Positions 1 through 10,603 of a stretch of DNA of 64,000 bases are shown here, in pieces; within the stretch, counting starts at the first letter, position 1, and each line of letters starts with the position of its first letter. This DNA is from Alphaproteobacteria bacterium (GTDB lineage Bacteria > Pseudomonadota > Alphaproteobacteria > UBA7985 > JAUIBT01), in assembly GCA_030432195.1 (NCBI GenBank), contig JAUIHE010000002.1, forward strand, positions 5,045 to 69,044, given 5' to 3'. The position numbers and the translations under genes were made by a program. Below the pieces are notes generated by a model. The model had not been told where the DNA came from and did no database searches. It saw only the letters and a list, made by a program, of their open reading frames with translations.

Positions 1-212
1 AGTGCCGCGATCAGATCAGAAAAGGGCTTGTAGGCCAAACTGGGCAGCGGCAGGCGCGTTAAAAAAAGAAGACAGCGCAGAACGTCGGCTGGCAAGTCTT
101 TGACAGTCTCCACAAAAACGCGCACTTAGAGCCCCTCTTCAATTGCGGGGCAAAGAATCTGGCCCCAAAAACAGCACAAGCACCTGCTGAAAGTTTAAGG
201 ATCTATAGCCCA

Positions 213-1244
213 ATGGCGCAGCAAATCCCAAGCCGCTTTGATGATATTCGCAAGATCTTTGCCCACTTGCCCGGGCCTGATTTGGACGCAGCAAGCCTGG
301 TGGCCCAGCGCGAAGCGCAATTGACCAAGCCCGGTGGCTCGTTGGGGCGCCTTGAAGAAATTACGGATTGGATGGCGCGTTGGCAAGGCACCGCTAGTCC
401 CCGTGCAGATCATCCGCGCGTTGCCGTGTTTGCGGCCAACCATGGCGTTTGCGATCAGGGGGTCTCGGCCTTTCCGCAGGCGGTAACAGAGCAGATGGTG
501 GCCAATTTCTTGAACCAAGGCGCAGCGGTCAACCAGCTTTGCGCCTTGGTCGATGCCGATTTGCGGGTCTATGAAATGCAACTGGATGAGCCGACCAAGG
601 ACTTCAGCTTGGAGCCCGCCATGAGCGAAGAGGAATGCGCGCACGCCATGGCCTATGGCATGATGGCGGTTGATGATGAGATCGACATTCTTTGCTTGGG
701 CGAAATGGGGATCGGCAATACCACCGCGGCCGCTGCGCTGGCTTTGGCCTTGTTCGGTGGCACGGCGGCCGATTGGACCGGCGCGGGCACGGGCGTCGCT
801 GGCGCGGACTTGCAGCGCAAGACCGATGTGGTGCAGCGCTCGGTTGAACTGCACAAGCCTGACATGAGCGACCCGCTGGAGATCCTGCGCCGCGTTGGCG
901 GGCGTGAGTTGGCGGCCATTTGTGGGGCGATTTTGGCAGCGCGCATGGCGCAGGTCCCGGTTTTGCTGGATGGCTTCATTTGCACAGCCGCAGCGGCCGT
1001 GCTGGAAAAGGCCCAACCGGGCGCCCTGGATCATTGTATGGTGGCCCACCAATCAGCCGAGCAGGCACACGCAAGTTTGTGCGAAGCCATTGGGAAGCGC
1101 CCCTTGCTGCAACTGGATATGCGCTTAGGCGAAGCCAGCGGCGCAACCCTGGCGGTGGCTCTGGTTAAGGCCGCCCTGGCGACCCACCAAGGCATGGCCA
1201 CTTTCGAGGAGGCCGCAGTCTCTAATCGCGAGGCGGAACAGTAA
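213..1244 (+). CDS. cobT: Nicotinate-nucleotide--dimethylbenzimidazole phosphoribosyltransferase
   Basis: 343 aa ORF with N-terminal KPGGSLGRLE, GEMGIGNTTAAAAL and GFICTAAA..; family-typical CobT motifs. Confidence 0.95.
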   Translation: MAQQIPSRFDDIRKIFAHLPGPDLDAASLVAQREAQLTKPGGSLGRLEEITDWMARWQGTASPRADHPRVAVFAANHGVCDQGVSAFPQAVTEQMVANFLNQGAAVNQLCALVDADLRVYEMQLDEPTKDFSLEPAMSEEECAHAMAYGMMAVDDEIDILCLGEMGIGNTTAAAALALALFGGTAADWTGAGTGVAGADLQRKTDVVQRSVELHKPDMSDPLEILRRVGGRELAAICGAILAARMAQVPVLLDGFICTAAAAVLEKAQPGALDHCMVAHQSAEQAHASLCEAIGKRPLLQLDMRLGEASGATLAVALVKAALATHQGMATFEEAAVSNREAEQ

Positions 1245-1292
1245 GGGGGCTGGCTGCTTTGCGCTAGACGCAGAAGAGAGCTAAAACAGGGA

Positions 1293-2759
1293 ATGGCGGA
1301 CAAAGAGCAAAACACGGCAGCTGAACAGCGACCGGACGACGGAGCGAAACCGCGCAAGCTGTCCCCGCGTCGTCGCAAGGCCACAGAGCGCGCCAAAGCC
1401 CGGCGCGCTGCGCGTCCATCCGTTCGGCGGGTGGTATCAACGCCTTTGTCCTCGCCCTACGCAGGCCAGTCACCCCGACTGAACTTGTTTACGCTGGTCG
1501 CTATTCGCTGGATCGCCATAGCGGGCCAAGCGCTGACCATCGCCATCAGCATTGCCATGGGCTTTGTGATGCCCGCGGGTCTGGCGATGAGCGTTGTCTT
1601 GATCTCCGCGCTGGTCAATTTGTGGATCATGTCTCGCCGTCGCTTGCGACAAGGCCGCTCGTCGGCCTGGATCGGTGGCCGTTTAGCCATGGCGATCTTG
1701 TTGTTCGATTTGTGCCAATTGACGATCTTGTTGTTGCTCACTGGCGGCATCACCAACCCCTTTGCGATCTTGATGCTAGCGCCGGTCACGGTGTCTGCGG
1801 CGACCTTGTCGCGAAAGGAGACCAGCGTCATTTCGGTCACCGCTATTGCCATGACCTTGCTGACGATTTTTGTCTCCACGCCTCTGCCCTATATTGAGCA
1901 GGCTCTAGAGATTCCGCCCTATTATCGCTTGGGCCTCGGGACCGCTCTGATCTTGGCCATCGCCTTTACGGCCTTCTATCTCTCTAATATTGCGGAACAA
2001 TCGCGTACCATGGCCTCGGCCTTGTCCTCGGTGCATTTGGCGCTGGAGCGGGAGCAGCGCTTGTCGGCGCTGGGCGGCTTAGCGGCGAACGCGGCGCATG
2101 AGTTGGGCACGCCGCTGGCGACCATTGCGGTGGTGGCCAAGGAAATGTGGAAGGAAGCGCCAGAAGGATCGAGCGTCAAGGAAGACGCGGGCCTGCTGGT
2201 CGAAGAAGCCGACCGCTGCCGCACGATCCTGACCGAGATATCGCGCTCTAAAAAGCTGGATGACGGGGTTTCCTACAATCACCTGCCCATGGCCTCAATC
2301 ATCGACTTAGCGATTGAACGGCACGCGCTCAACTACGACTGCCCGGTGTTGGTCACGCTCTATCCGCCAGAGGGGCAGGGCGAGCAAGACCAGCCCATGT
2401 TTGCCCGACAACCTGAGTTGGTTCACGGGCTGGGCAATTTGGTGCAAAATGCTTTGCAGCACGCTGAGCAGCAGGTATGGGTTGGCCTCAGCTGGACCGA
2501 GACCCACATACTTGTTCAAGTTGAGGATGATGGCCCTGGATTTGAACCAGATCTTTTGTATCGTCTAGGCGATCCCTATCTGAAGGGCGAGCAGGAGCGC
2601 AAACGCGGCGGTTCGTCTATGGGCATTGGTGTCTTTATCGCGACGACCCTGCTCAATCATTGTGGGGCGACGGTGACGTTTTCGAATCGACAAGAGGGTG
2701 GTGCCTCTGTTGAAGTGAGCCTAGAGCGCAAAGATGCTGCGCATAGAGTTCAGAGCTAA
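1293..2759 (+). CDS. regB: ActS/PrrB/RegB-family redox-sensing membrane histidine kinase
   Basis: Multiple TM segments, GGITNPF motif, H-box AAHELGTPLATIAVVAKEM, N-box GNLVQNAL, G boxes; followed by the cognate regulator. Confidence 0.9.
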   Translation: MADKEQNTAAEQRPDDGAKPRKLSPRRRKATERAKARRAARPSVRRVVSTPLSSPYAGQSPRLNLFTLVAIRWIAIAGQALTIAISIAMGFVMPAGLAMSVVLISALVNLWIMSRRRLRQGRSSAWIGGRLAMAILLFDLCQLTILLLLTGGITNPFAILMLAPVTVSAATLSRKETSVISVTAIAMTLLTIFVSTPLPYIEQALEIPPYYRLGLGTALILAIAFTAFYLSNIAEQSRTMASALSSVHLALEREQRLSALGGLAANAAHELGTPLATIAVVAKEMWKEAPEGSSVKEDAGLLVEEADRCRTILTEISRSKKLDDGVSYNHLPMASIIDLAIERHALNYDCPVLVTLYPPEGQGEQDQPMFARQPELVHGLGNLVQNALQHAEQQVWVGLSWTETHILVQVEDDGPGFEPDLLYRLGDPYLKGEQERKRGGSSMGIGVFIATTLLNHCGATVTFSNRQEGGASVEVSLERKDAAHRVQS

Positions 2760-2834
2760 CACGGCCTAAAATCTGATAGGCCACCAAGGATTTGGCCCTG
2801 CTGCCTGGGCCGGACTGGAAGAAGGAAAGATTGC

Positions 2835-3401
2835 ATGAACGACGAATTTGCAGGTCTGGGCGATGACGACGCAAGCCGCGGCACGCTGTTGATCGTGGAC
2901 GACGACGAGCGCTTTGCAACCCGCTTGGCCCGTGCCATGGAGCGCAAAGGCTTTGAGGTCTCAACCGCGCTGTCCGTATCGGATGCCAAGGAAGCGTTGC
3001 GCGCCTACCTGCCAGACTACGCCGTTGTGGATCTGCGCTTGGGCGACGGCTCCGGGTTGGATTTCGTCACCTTGTTGAAGGAAAGTGAGGCCCACACCCG
3101 CATCGTCATGCTGACCGGTTACGGCAATATCGCAACGGCGGTGTCTGCGGTGAAACTGGGCGCGGTGGACTATCTGCCAAAGCCTGCGGATGCGGACGCG
3201 GTCGAGGCGGCCTTGGTCAAGCACGACGGCCTGTTGCCGCCGCCGCCGGAAAACCCCATGTCGGCCGACCGCGTGCGTTGGGAACACATCCAGCGGGTCT
3301 ATGAGCAGTGTGGGCGCAACGTCTCTGAAACGGCCCGCCGTTTGCGTATGCACCGCCGTACATTGCAGCGCATCTTGAACAAGTACGCGCCGAAGCCTTA
3401 A
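2835..3401 (+). CDS. regA: ActR/PrrA/RegA-family response regulator
   Basis: Receiver domain LLIVDDDERFATRLARAMERKGFEV, and Fis-type HTH VRWEHIQRVYEQCGRNVSETARRLRMHRRTLQRILNKYAPKP. Confidence 0.93.
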   Translation: MNDEFAGLGDDDASRGTLLIVDDDERFATRLARAMERKGFEVSTALSVSDAKEALRAYLPDYAVVDLRLGDGSGLDFVTLLKESEAHTRIVMLTGYGNIATAVSAVKLGAVDYLPKPADADAVEAALVKHDGLLPPPPENPMSADRVRWEHIQRVYEQCGRNVSETARRLRMHRRTLQRILNKYAPKP

Positions 3402-3859
3402 GCCCTATTGACGGCCTTGGGCATCGGACCGTTGGCTTTGGTAAGGCCTTGCCTTGCCTCAAGATGCCTCTTTGCGGTCAAAGGGCGTAACGGGGCTCAG
3501 CGTCGCCGCTAAAGGAAAGGACCGCTTCTCTTGGGGGCAGCCGCGGGCCATGCCGCCTGCGCCGTGTTGGTCACTCCCCAACGCTAACTGAGGCTTTGGC
3601 CAGGCACTTGTTCGCGCATCGCCGGTGCCTGCAAGCAGCCAAGCACAGCGGTTCCTCTCGGCTTGGGCTCCGCTTTCTTTGCCTTAGGGACTTTGGCGAG
3701 GCCCCGGTTGGCCGCCGCCGTTTTGGCTAAATTTCGCACTGGCAATTGAGCAGCCATGGCTTATGATATGGGGACTCCTGCGCTGTTGGCCTTTGTTGGG
3801 CCGGGCGCAGGAGTTTTTCATCTTCTCCCGACCGATCAAATAAAAGCTGACGCAGCCCC

Positions 3860-6436
3860 ATGTCCGAACGCCCCATGTCCGAACGATCTATGTCCGAACG
3901 CTATTCCGCACACGAAACCGAAGTCAAATGGCAAGCCCGCTGGGACGAGGTTCAGGCCTCGCGCGCGCAGGCCAGCAACGACAAGCCCAAGTACTACGTG
4001 CTGGAAATGCTGCCCTATCCGTCGGGCGCAATCCACATGGGCCACGTGCGCAACTATGTTATGGGCGATGTGGTGGCGCGCTATAAGCGGGCCAAGGGCT
4101 TCAATGTCCTGCACCCCATGGGCTGGGATGCTTTCGGGCTGCCTGCCGAGAACGCCGCCTTTGAGCGTGGCTATCATCCGGCCAAGTGGACCTATGCCAA
4201 CATCGACGCCATGCGGGTTCAGTTGAAGCGTTTGGGCTTGTCGATCGACTGGCAGCGCGAGATTGCGACCTGTCATCCTGGCTATTACAAGCATCAGCAG
4301 CGCTTGTTCCAAGAGATGATGGCCGCGGGGCTGGTCTATCGCAAAGAGTCCTACGTCAACTGGGACCCGGTAGAAATGACGGTGTTGGCCAACGAGCAAG
4401 TCGAAGATGGTCGCGGGTGGCGCTCGGGCGCGTTGGTTGAAAAACGCCTGATGTCGCAATGGTTCTTCAAGATCACCGACATGGCCGAAGAGCTGTTGCA
4501 GGGCATCGAGACCTTGGAGCGCTGGCCGTCCAAGGTGCGCACTATGCAGACCAATTGGATCGGCAAATCGCAGGGTGCGCATGTGCGTTTTGGCATTCAG
4601 GGCCGCGATGAGGGCCTGGACATTTACACCACACGTCCAGACACGCTGTTCGGCGCCTCGTTTTGCGCTTTATCAGCCGAGCATCCCTTGACCCAGGAAT
4701 TGGCTCAGTCCAACGCCGACTTGGCGGAATTCGTCAAAGAATGTCAGCGCATGGGTACGTCAGAGGCGGTGATCGAAAAGGCCGAAAAGCGCGGCATTGC
4801 TACCGGCTTGAAGGCCCTTCACCCGCTGGACGGCCGCGAATTGCCGATCTATGTCGCCAACTTCGTTTTGATGGACTACGGCAGCGGCGCCATTTTCGGC
4901 TGTCCCGCGCACGATCAACGCGACTTGGATTTTGCGCGCAAGTACGGCCTGGACGTGACCCGCGTGGTGGCTGGGCCCGACGGCGAGACCGGGGATGTCG
5001 GCAACGAAGCCTACACCGGCCCCGGCCATATCATAAACTCCGACTTCCTGGATGGCCTGGATATCGAGGCTGCCAAAGCCAAAGCGATCGACACCCTAGT
5101 CGCTAAGGGCGTGGGCAAAGCGCAGACCAACTACCGCTTGCGCGATTGGGGCGCCTCGCGCCAACGCTATTGGGGATGCCCCATTCCAGTGGTACATTGC
5201 TCAAGCTGTGGCGTGGTGCCGGTGCCCAAAGATCAGTTGCCGGTGCAGTTGCCCGAGGATGTGACGTTCGATAAGCCCGGCAATCCCTTGGACCATCACC
5301 CGACTTGGAAGCATACGGCCTGCCCTAGCTGTGGCGGCGAGGCCCTGCGGGACACGGATACCATGGATACCTTCGTGGACTCCTCCTGGTACTATTTGCG
5401 CTATTGCTGCTCCGACGATGCAGACAATCCGCTGAACGATGAGGCCAACTATTGGATGACCGTCGATCAGTACATTGGCGGTGTTGAGCACGCGGTCTTG
5501 CACTTGCTGTATTCGCGCTTCTTCATGCGGGCTTTGAAAAAGTTGGGCTATGTCACGGCGGAGGAGCCCTTTGCTGGCTTGTTTACGCAAGGCATGGTGA
5601 CCCACGAGACCTATCAAGACGCAGATGGGAAATGGCTGAGCCCCGATGACATTAAGCGCGATGAGGGCGGCGATTGGACGACCTTGGACGGCGGCCCGGT
5701 GGCGGTTGGCGGCGTTATCAAAATGTCCAAGTCAAAGCGCAACGTGGTCGATCCCGAGACTATTGTTAGGTCCTATGGCGCGGATACGGCGCGCTTTTTC
5801 GTCATGTCAGACAGCCCGCCGGAACGCGACTTTGAGTGGACCGAGGCGGGCGTCGATGGCGCTTATCGCTTCACCCAGCGTGTTTGGCGCGTCTTTGCCG
5901 AAGCCGCAGAGCGGGCACAGAACGGAGCGACGGGAGGCGGTGAGGCCGCCGACACGGCTTTGCGCAAAGTCATGCATCGCTTGGTGGATGGCGTGTCCAA
6001 GGACATCGAGGGCTTTGCCTTTAACAAATCTGTTGCGCGCCTGTATGAAGCGGTGAACGAGATGTCTCGCGCTTTGAGCGAGGGCAAGGTCGGTGCGGCG
6101 GCACTGCGCGAGGCTCTGGACTATCTTTGCCTGGCGTTGGCGCCCTTCATGCCCCACTTGGGCGAGGAGTTGTGGACCGAGTTAGGGCACAGCGACTTGG
6201 CCTGCGCCCAAGATTGGCCGAAGGTTGACCCGGCGATGCTGACCGACGACACCATCACTATGCCCGTTCAAGTCAACGGCAAGGTGCGGGCACAGATTGA
6301 CGTGCCAAAAGATCTACCTAAGGCAGAGGTCGAAGCTCGCGCTCTGGCTGATCCTGCTGTTGCCAAATTTATCGGCGATACCGGACCCAAGAAAATTATC
6401 GTGGTTCCGGGACGCATTGTGAATGTGGTTGTCTAA
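3860..6436 (+). CDS. leuS: Leucyl-tRNA synthetase
   Basis: 858 aa; contains [34 protein letters not shown]-type region ([14 protein letters not shown]) and [12 protein letters not shown]. Confidence 0.97.
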   Translation: MSERPMSERSMSERYSAHETEVKWQARWDEVQASRAQASNDKPKYYVLEMLPYPSGAIHMGHVRNYVMGDVVARYKRAKGFNVLHPMGWDAFGLPAENAAFERGYHPAKWTYANIDAMRVQLKRLGLSIDWQREIATCHPGYYKHQQRLFQEMMAAGLVYRKESYVNWDPVEMTVLANEQVEDGRGWRSGALVEKRLMSQWFFKITDMAEELLQGIETLERWPSKVRTMQTNWIGKSQGAHVRFGIQGRDEGLDIYTTRPDTLFGASFCALSAEHPLTQELAQSNADLAEFVKECQRMGTSEAVIEKAEKRGIATGLKALHPLDGRELPIYVANFVLMDYGSGAIFGCPAHDQRDLDFARKYGLDVTRVVAGPDGETGDVGNEAYTGPGHIINSDFLDGLDIEAAKAKAIDTLVAKGVGKAQTNYRLRDWGASRQRYWGCPIPVVHCSSCGVVPVPKDQLPVQLPEDVTFDKPGNPLDHHPTWKHTACPSCGGEALRDTDTMDTFVDSSWYYLRYCCSDDADNPLNDEANYWMTVDQYIGGVEHAVLHLLYSRFFMRALKKLGYVTAEEPFAGLFTQGMVTHETYQDADGKWLSPDDIKRDEGGDWTTLDGGPVAVGGVIKMSKSKRNVVDPETIVRSYGADTARFFVMSDSPPERDFEWTEAGVDGAYRFTQRVWRVFAEAAERAQNGATGGGEAADTALRKVMHRLVDGVSKDIEGFAFNKSVARLYEAVNEMSRALSEGKVGAAALREALDYLCLALAPFMPHLGEELWTELGHSDLACAQDWPKVDPAMLTDDTITMPVQVNGKVRAQIDVPKDLPKAEVEARALADPAVAKFIGDTGPKKIIVVPGRIVNVVV

Positions 6437-6959
6437 AGGTCTTGTCGGACTTGTATTTGCTGCGCTGGTGACGCTGAGCGTTACCGGCTGCGGGTTTCGC
6501 CCCGTTGGTCAGCAACAAGTTGTGCAGACCGAACGCTTTTCACAAGTCTTTGTCTTGCCGATCGCCAACCGCGAGGGCCAGCTGCTGCGCAATGCGATAA
6601 CGCAGCGCCTAAACCCCTATGGTGAGCCGAGCGATCCTCGCTATCACCTGCGGGCTCAGTTGTTGCTGGCGACGCGCAGCCTTGGGGTGCGTGCAGAGGG
6701 CGATACCACCCGCGCGCAGCGCGTGATGACGCTTAATTACGAGTTGATTAACGCGCTCGACGGCAATGTCCTGGACGCCTCGACGCTGATCGAGCACGTC
6801 AGCTACAACGTAGCCGACTACGAATATTTGGACGATTTCGCGCTTGAATCAGCACATCAGCGCGGCATTGACGCCCTGGCTGAACAGTTAGAGCGGCGTT
6901 TGGCGCTGTTCTTCCAGCGTCAAGATGAAGGGCGGCAAATCGTGGATGAGCAGCTCTAG
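6423..6959 (+). CDS. lptE: LPS-assembly lipoprotein LptE-like
   Basis: Lipoprotein signal [14 protein letters not shown], small OM lipoprotein, directly after leuS (14 nt overlap), the usual LptE context. Confidence 0.8.
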   Translation: MWLSKGLVGLVFAALVTLSVTGCGFRPVGQQQVVQTERFSQVFVLPIANREGQLLRNAITQRLNPYGEPSDPRYHLRAQLLLATRSLGVRAEGDTTRAQRVMTLNYELINALDGNVLDASTLIEHVSYNVADYEYLDDFALESAHQRGIDALAEQLERRLALFFQRQDEGRQIVDEQL

Positions 6960-7192
6960 CTCCAACCCTGCAACCTGGGCTTGCCAGAATGCAGGCCCAA
7001 GCGGCGATCATCTGCCCCGCCAACGCCCAAAAACCTGAACAATTTCCTGCAATGTGCATTTCCGTCGAGCTAGGCCTAACGCCGGGCTTGTCCGCGGCTG
7101 TTGCATTTGCTTTGCTGCCGGCGTTCTTCTGCCAACCAGCGGCCGGCGTACAAGAGCCGCCCATACCAGAACACTTTAGGAGACGCACATCC

Positions 7193-8296
7193 ATGACCCA
7201 ATCGACCAATTCAGGCCGCCGCACGCTGCTGAAATCTGCGCTAAAAGTCGGGGGCCTGGCCGCCGGAGGAGTAGCCGCGACAGCGCTTACGGCGCCTGCC
7301 GTCCTGGCTCAACAGCGCCAAAAACTGGCCATGGTCACGTCATGGGTCAAGGGCTCGCCGGGCCCTGGCACGACAGCTGATCGCATCGCCGAGCGCATCA
7401 CACGCATGACCGCCGGACGCCTGGAGGTTCGGGTCTACGGCGCCGGTGAACTGACATCGCCCTTTGGCGTGTTGGATGCTGTGGGCTCCAATGCCGCTCA
7501 GCTGGGCCACACCGCCTCCTTCTTTTCTGCGGGCAAGTTTGCAGCAGCAGCGGCTTTTACCACGCTGCCGTTTGGCCTGGACGTTGCGGGCCATCAGGCA
7601 TGGATCGCGCGCGGGCAGGGGCAAGAACTGTGGGATGCGCTGTATGCGCCTGCAGGGGTCAAGCCGTTCTTGGCGGGTAATTCTGATTTCACGATGGGCG
7701 GTTGGTTTAAGGCGCCGCTGGGTTCGCTGGACGACCTAAAGGGTTTGCGCTTGCGGGTCGCTGGCCTGGGTGGCCAAATCTATGAGGCCCTGGGCGCGGT
7801 TCCCGCCCTGCTGCCGCCAGGCGAGATTTTCGGCGCGCTCAAGTCCGGTGCGATTGATGGCGTGGAGTTTTTGGGGCCCTTCAGTGATCGCGCTCTGGGC
7901 TTTGCAAAAGCGGCGAGCAACTATTACTGGCCGGGCTTCAACAAGCCCAATGGTTCCGCCGAGGGGCTCATTAACAAGGCGCTGTTTGACCAGCTCGACG
8001 AGGCCGACCGAGCCATTGTTACGACCGCCTTTGAGGTCGAGAACTATCACGGGTTGGCAGAAGCGTCTTGGTTCAATGGGCAGTCGCTAAGCGCGTTGCG
8101 CTCAGAGGGCGTGTCGGTGCAGCCGCTGCCAGCGGATATCATGCAGGCCGCCAAGACCGCCTGGCGTGATGTGCTGGCCGATTGGCGCGCCAAACATCCA
8201 GAGGTCGAGCCCATCTTGCAGTCCTATGAAACCGCTCTGGTTGCGCAGCAGGACTGGGCCTCGCTCAGCTTGCAGGCCTACGGCAAAATCGCCTAG
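7193..8296 (+). CDS. TRAP transporter substrate-binding protein (DctP family), Tat-type signal
   Basis: Likely start at 7193 (MTQSTNSGRRTLLKSALKVGGLAAGG..) inside ORF 6989-8296; body KLAMVTSWVKGSPGPGTTADRIAERI typical of DctP-type binding proteins. Confidence 0.8.
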   Translation: MTQSTNSGRRTLLKSALKVGGLAAGGVAATALTAPAVLAQQRQKLAMVTSWVKGSPGPGTTADRIAERITRMTAGRLEVRVYGAGELTSPFGVLDAVGSNAAQLGHTASFFSAGKFAAAAAFTTLPFGLDVAGHQAWIARGQGQELWDALYAPAGVKPFLAGNSDFTMGGWFKAPLGSLDDLKGLRLRVAGLGGQIYEALGAVPALLPPGEIFGALKSGAIDGVEFLGPFSDRALGFAKAASNYYWPGFNKPNGSAEGLINKALFDQLDEADRAIVTTAFEVENYHGLAEASWFNGQSLSALRSEGVSVQPLPADIMQAAKTAWRDVLADWRAKHPEVEPILQSYETALVAQQDWASLSLQAYGKIA

Positions 8297-8314
8297 TGCG
8301 GCGCAGCAATCACC

Positions 8315-9085
8315 ATGGCTAGGGTCTTCGATTTTCGCGCCGATGTTGCCGCCGCTCGGCCCCTGGTCGTCTGCCTCACCTCACCGGTTGCCGCGCCTTT
8401 CACCGCGCAGTGTTTGTCGGCTCTGGGGGCGGTGCCGGTCATGCCTGGTCACATCGACGATCTGCCGGGGGCGGTGGCCCGCTGTGACGCGCTGCTGATT
8501 AACCTGGGGACCAGCGACGCGGCGCGCGCGGACTTGTTTCAAGTAGCCGTAGACAGTGCCAACCATGCGGCAAAGCCGTGGGTATTGGACCCGGTCGGGG
8601 CTGGCGGCGGTGCTTGGCGCACGCAGCTTGCACGGGATTTGGTCGGATGCGGACCGGCGATCGTCAAGGGAAACCCCGCCGAGGTGCGCGCTTTGGCGGG
8701 GCAGGCCGCCCAGCTGAAGGGCGTGGACTCCTTGGACGAAGTGGCCAGCGCGTTGGAGGCTGCCCAGCACCTGCTGGCTGGCGAACAGGGGCCGCGCGAG
8801 ATCGTTATAACCGGGCCGCAGGATGCCTGCTTAGACCGGAAAACCTCGGTGGCCTGGAGCCAGGGCGGGCACCCCTGGGCACCGCGCGTGGTCACCATGG
8901 GCTGCGCCTTGGGCGCCGTCTGTGCCGCAAGTGCGGCAGTTTATGCGTCGGAACAAGCGGGGCTGCTGGCAGCGCAAGCCTTCAAGGAAGCGGCCAGCTT
9001 TGCTGGGCTTTCGGCCAAAGGCCTTGGGAGTTTTATGACCGGATTTTTAGATGGGCTCGACGGATTGGGCGCTCTTAGAATCTGA
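8315..9085 (+). CDS. thiM: Hydroxyethylthiazole kinase-like
   Basis: VVCLTSPVAAPFTAQCLSALGAVPVM, WVLDPVGAGG, IVKGNPAEVRALAG, GCALGAVCAA; adjacent to thiE. Confidence 0.8.
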   Translation: MARVFDFRADVAAARPLVVCLTSPVAAPFTAQCLSALGAVPVMPGHIDDLPGAVARCDALLINLGTSDAARADLFQVAVDSANHAAKPWVLDPVGAGGGAWRTQLARDLVGCGPAIVKGNPAEVRALAGQAAQLKGVDSLDEVASALEAAQHLLAGEQGPREIVITGPQDACLDRKTSVAWSQGGHPWAPRVVTMGCALGAVCAASAAVYASEQAGLLAAQAFKEAASFAGLSAKGLGSFMTGFLDGLDGLGALRI

Positions 9086-9145
9086 GGCTAAAGCAGGCTC
9101 AAACAACCGGCCCAAACAACCGATCTGGTCAAGAGGAAGTAAACC

Positions 9146-9823
9146 ATGCACCCCCCCCTTCAAGACAAAGACTGGCGGAGCCGCGCGGCTTTGGTGGAAA
9201 TTCTGCCGCTCTATCTGGTGATCGGGCCGGGCAATTGCCCCGAAGGTACCTGGCTGGGAGTCGCCCGGCAGGCGATGGAGGGCGGTGTGACCTGCCTTCA
9301 ATATCGGGACAAGACCAGCGATCCGGCCCGCTTTCTGGCCAACGCGCGCGCCTTGGTGGCAACCGCAGCGCCTTTTAACGTTCCGGTTCTCATCAATGAT
9401 CGCTTGGACATGGTGGCCCTGTCTGGCGCGCAGGGGGCTCATATTGGCCAAGACGATGCCACCCCCAAACAAGCGCGAGATTTTTTGGGTGAAAAAGCAA
9501 TACTAGGTTTGAGTGTCGGTTCTCTAGAAGAATTTGAAACTCATGATCCGCGACTGGTCGATTACTTAGGCGTTGGCCCGGCCTTTTCAACTACAACGAA
9601 AGCCGACTCGGGTGATGCAATTGGACCAGAGGGCATATCTGCTATCTTAGAATGCACAACAACTCCCGTCGTTGCTATTGGAGGAATTACAACAGATTCA
9701 ATTCCTTACCTTTATGGGCTAGGTCTGAATGGTGTCGCGTTGATCACATTTATTACCAGGAATCGGGATCCCAAAAGGGCCAGCCTTGACATGGCGGCCA
9801 AAGTAAAGATGCTTACCGCCTGA
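9146..9823 (+). CDS. thiE: Thiamine-phosphate synthase
   Basis: VTCLQYRDKT, VLINDRLDMVALSGAQGAHIGQDD, DYLGVGPAFSTTTK, VVAIGGIT motifs. Confidence 0.9.
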   Translation: MHPPLQDKDWRSRAALVEILPLYLVIGPGNCPEGTWLGVARQAMEGGVTCLQYRDKTSDPARFLANARALVATAAPFNVPVLINDRLDMVALSGAQGAHIGQDDATPKQARDFLGEKAILGLSVGSLEEFETHDPRLVDYLGVGPAFSTTTKADSGDAIGPEGISAILECTTTPVVAIGGITTDSIPYLYGLGLNGVALITFITRNRDPKRASLDMAAKVKMLTA

Positions 9824-9852
9824 TAACAACCAAAGGTATCCGGGGGTTTTGC

Positions 9853-10452
9853 ATGTTTTTAGCGCGTCGTTTGCTGTTGATGGCCAGCGCAAGTGCTGCG
9901 GTTTTAGGTGTCTCCAGTATTCCAGCTTCGGCTTCGGGTGCGGTAGACCAAGTAAAAGCCGCCGCTCGTATCGCGACCAATGGCATTGGTCGAGGATCGC
10001 GTTCTTCGCGTCGCAGTTCTGCGCGCTCCTTCGTCAATCAGTACATTTCTGTGTCTGCTCTGGCGCGCTCGTCGTTGGGACGAGAATACGAAGATTTGAC
10101 CTCCTCGCAAAAGAGTCGCTATCGCTCTTTGTTTAAAGAGTATTTGGTCGAATACATCTTGGGCTTCTTCGCCAACTATGCGGGGCAGCGCATTGACGTG
10201 CTGCCACGGACCAAAAAGCGCGGCTCTTTGACGATCGTGGCTTCGACCATCACTCACAAGGGCAAGAAGTACGATGTGGACTGGACGCTGGTGGGCTCTG
10301 GCAGCTACCGCCTGTATGACGTCAGCATTGAAGGTCTGAGCCTGCGCCGAGATACCAAGGCCCGCTTTACGCGCGTCTATCGTGCCAAAGGCTACGATGG
10401 TCTGATTACCGCGATGAATAACTACATCCGCCGCTCGAAAGCGGTCGGCTAA
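9853..10452 (+). CDS. MlaC/Ttg2D-like ABC transporter auxiliary (phospholipid-binding) protein
   Basis: Signal peptide followed by FKEYLVEYILGFFANYAGQRIDV and YRLYDVSIEGLSL.. pattern typical of MlaC/toluene-tolerance family. Confidence 0.75.
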   Translation: MFLARRLLLMASASAAVLGVSSIPASASGAVDQVKAAARIATNGIGRGSRSSRRSSARSFVNQYISVSALARSSLGREYEDLTSSQKSRYRSLFKEYLVEYILGFFANYAGQRIDVLPRTKKRGSLTIVASTITHKGKKYDVDWTLVGSGSYRLYDVSIEGLSLRRDTKARFTRVYRAKGYDGLITAMNNYIRRSKAVG

Positions 10453-10603
10453 CAGACCTGCGACATTCGATTTAGACCCATAAGGCGCGCTCAGGCCTCC
10501 TAATCCGGCTTGGGCGCGTCTATGCGTTTATGAATGAGGGCTTGGACCTATTGCCAAGGCAATAGCGATTGCTGGACGCCCCTTTCCTGGGTAGAAACGG
10601 GAC

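Noticed and set aside
3584-3757. 57-codon minus-strand ORF (MAAQLPVRNLAKTAAANRGLAKVPKAKKAEPKPRG..).
   Set aside because: Short, low complexity, GC-rich region between regA and leuS; no supporting evidence beyond an open frame.
3836-4582. 248 aa antisense ORF, and many other antisense/alternate-frame ORFs (e.g. 195-1052 -, 12190-12750 -, 46075-46716 region -, 35109-35552 -).
   Set aside because: They mirror confident GC-rich coding sequence on the other strand or low-complexity repeats; no recognisable domains or initiation context.
8297-9145. Possible TPP riboswitch for thiM/thiE.
   Set aside because: No CUGAGA...ACC/CUGAUC..GAUAAUGCCAGCG-like core upstream of either gene.
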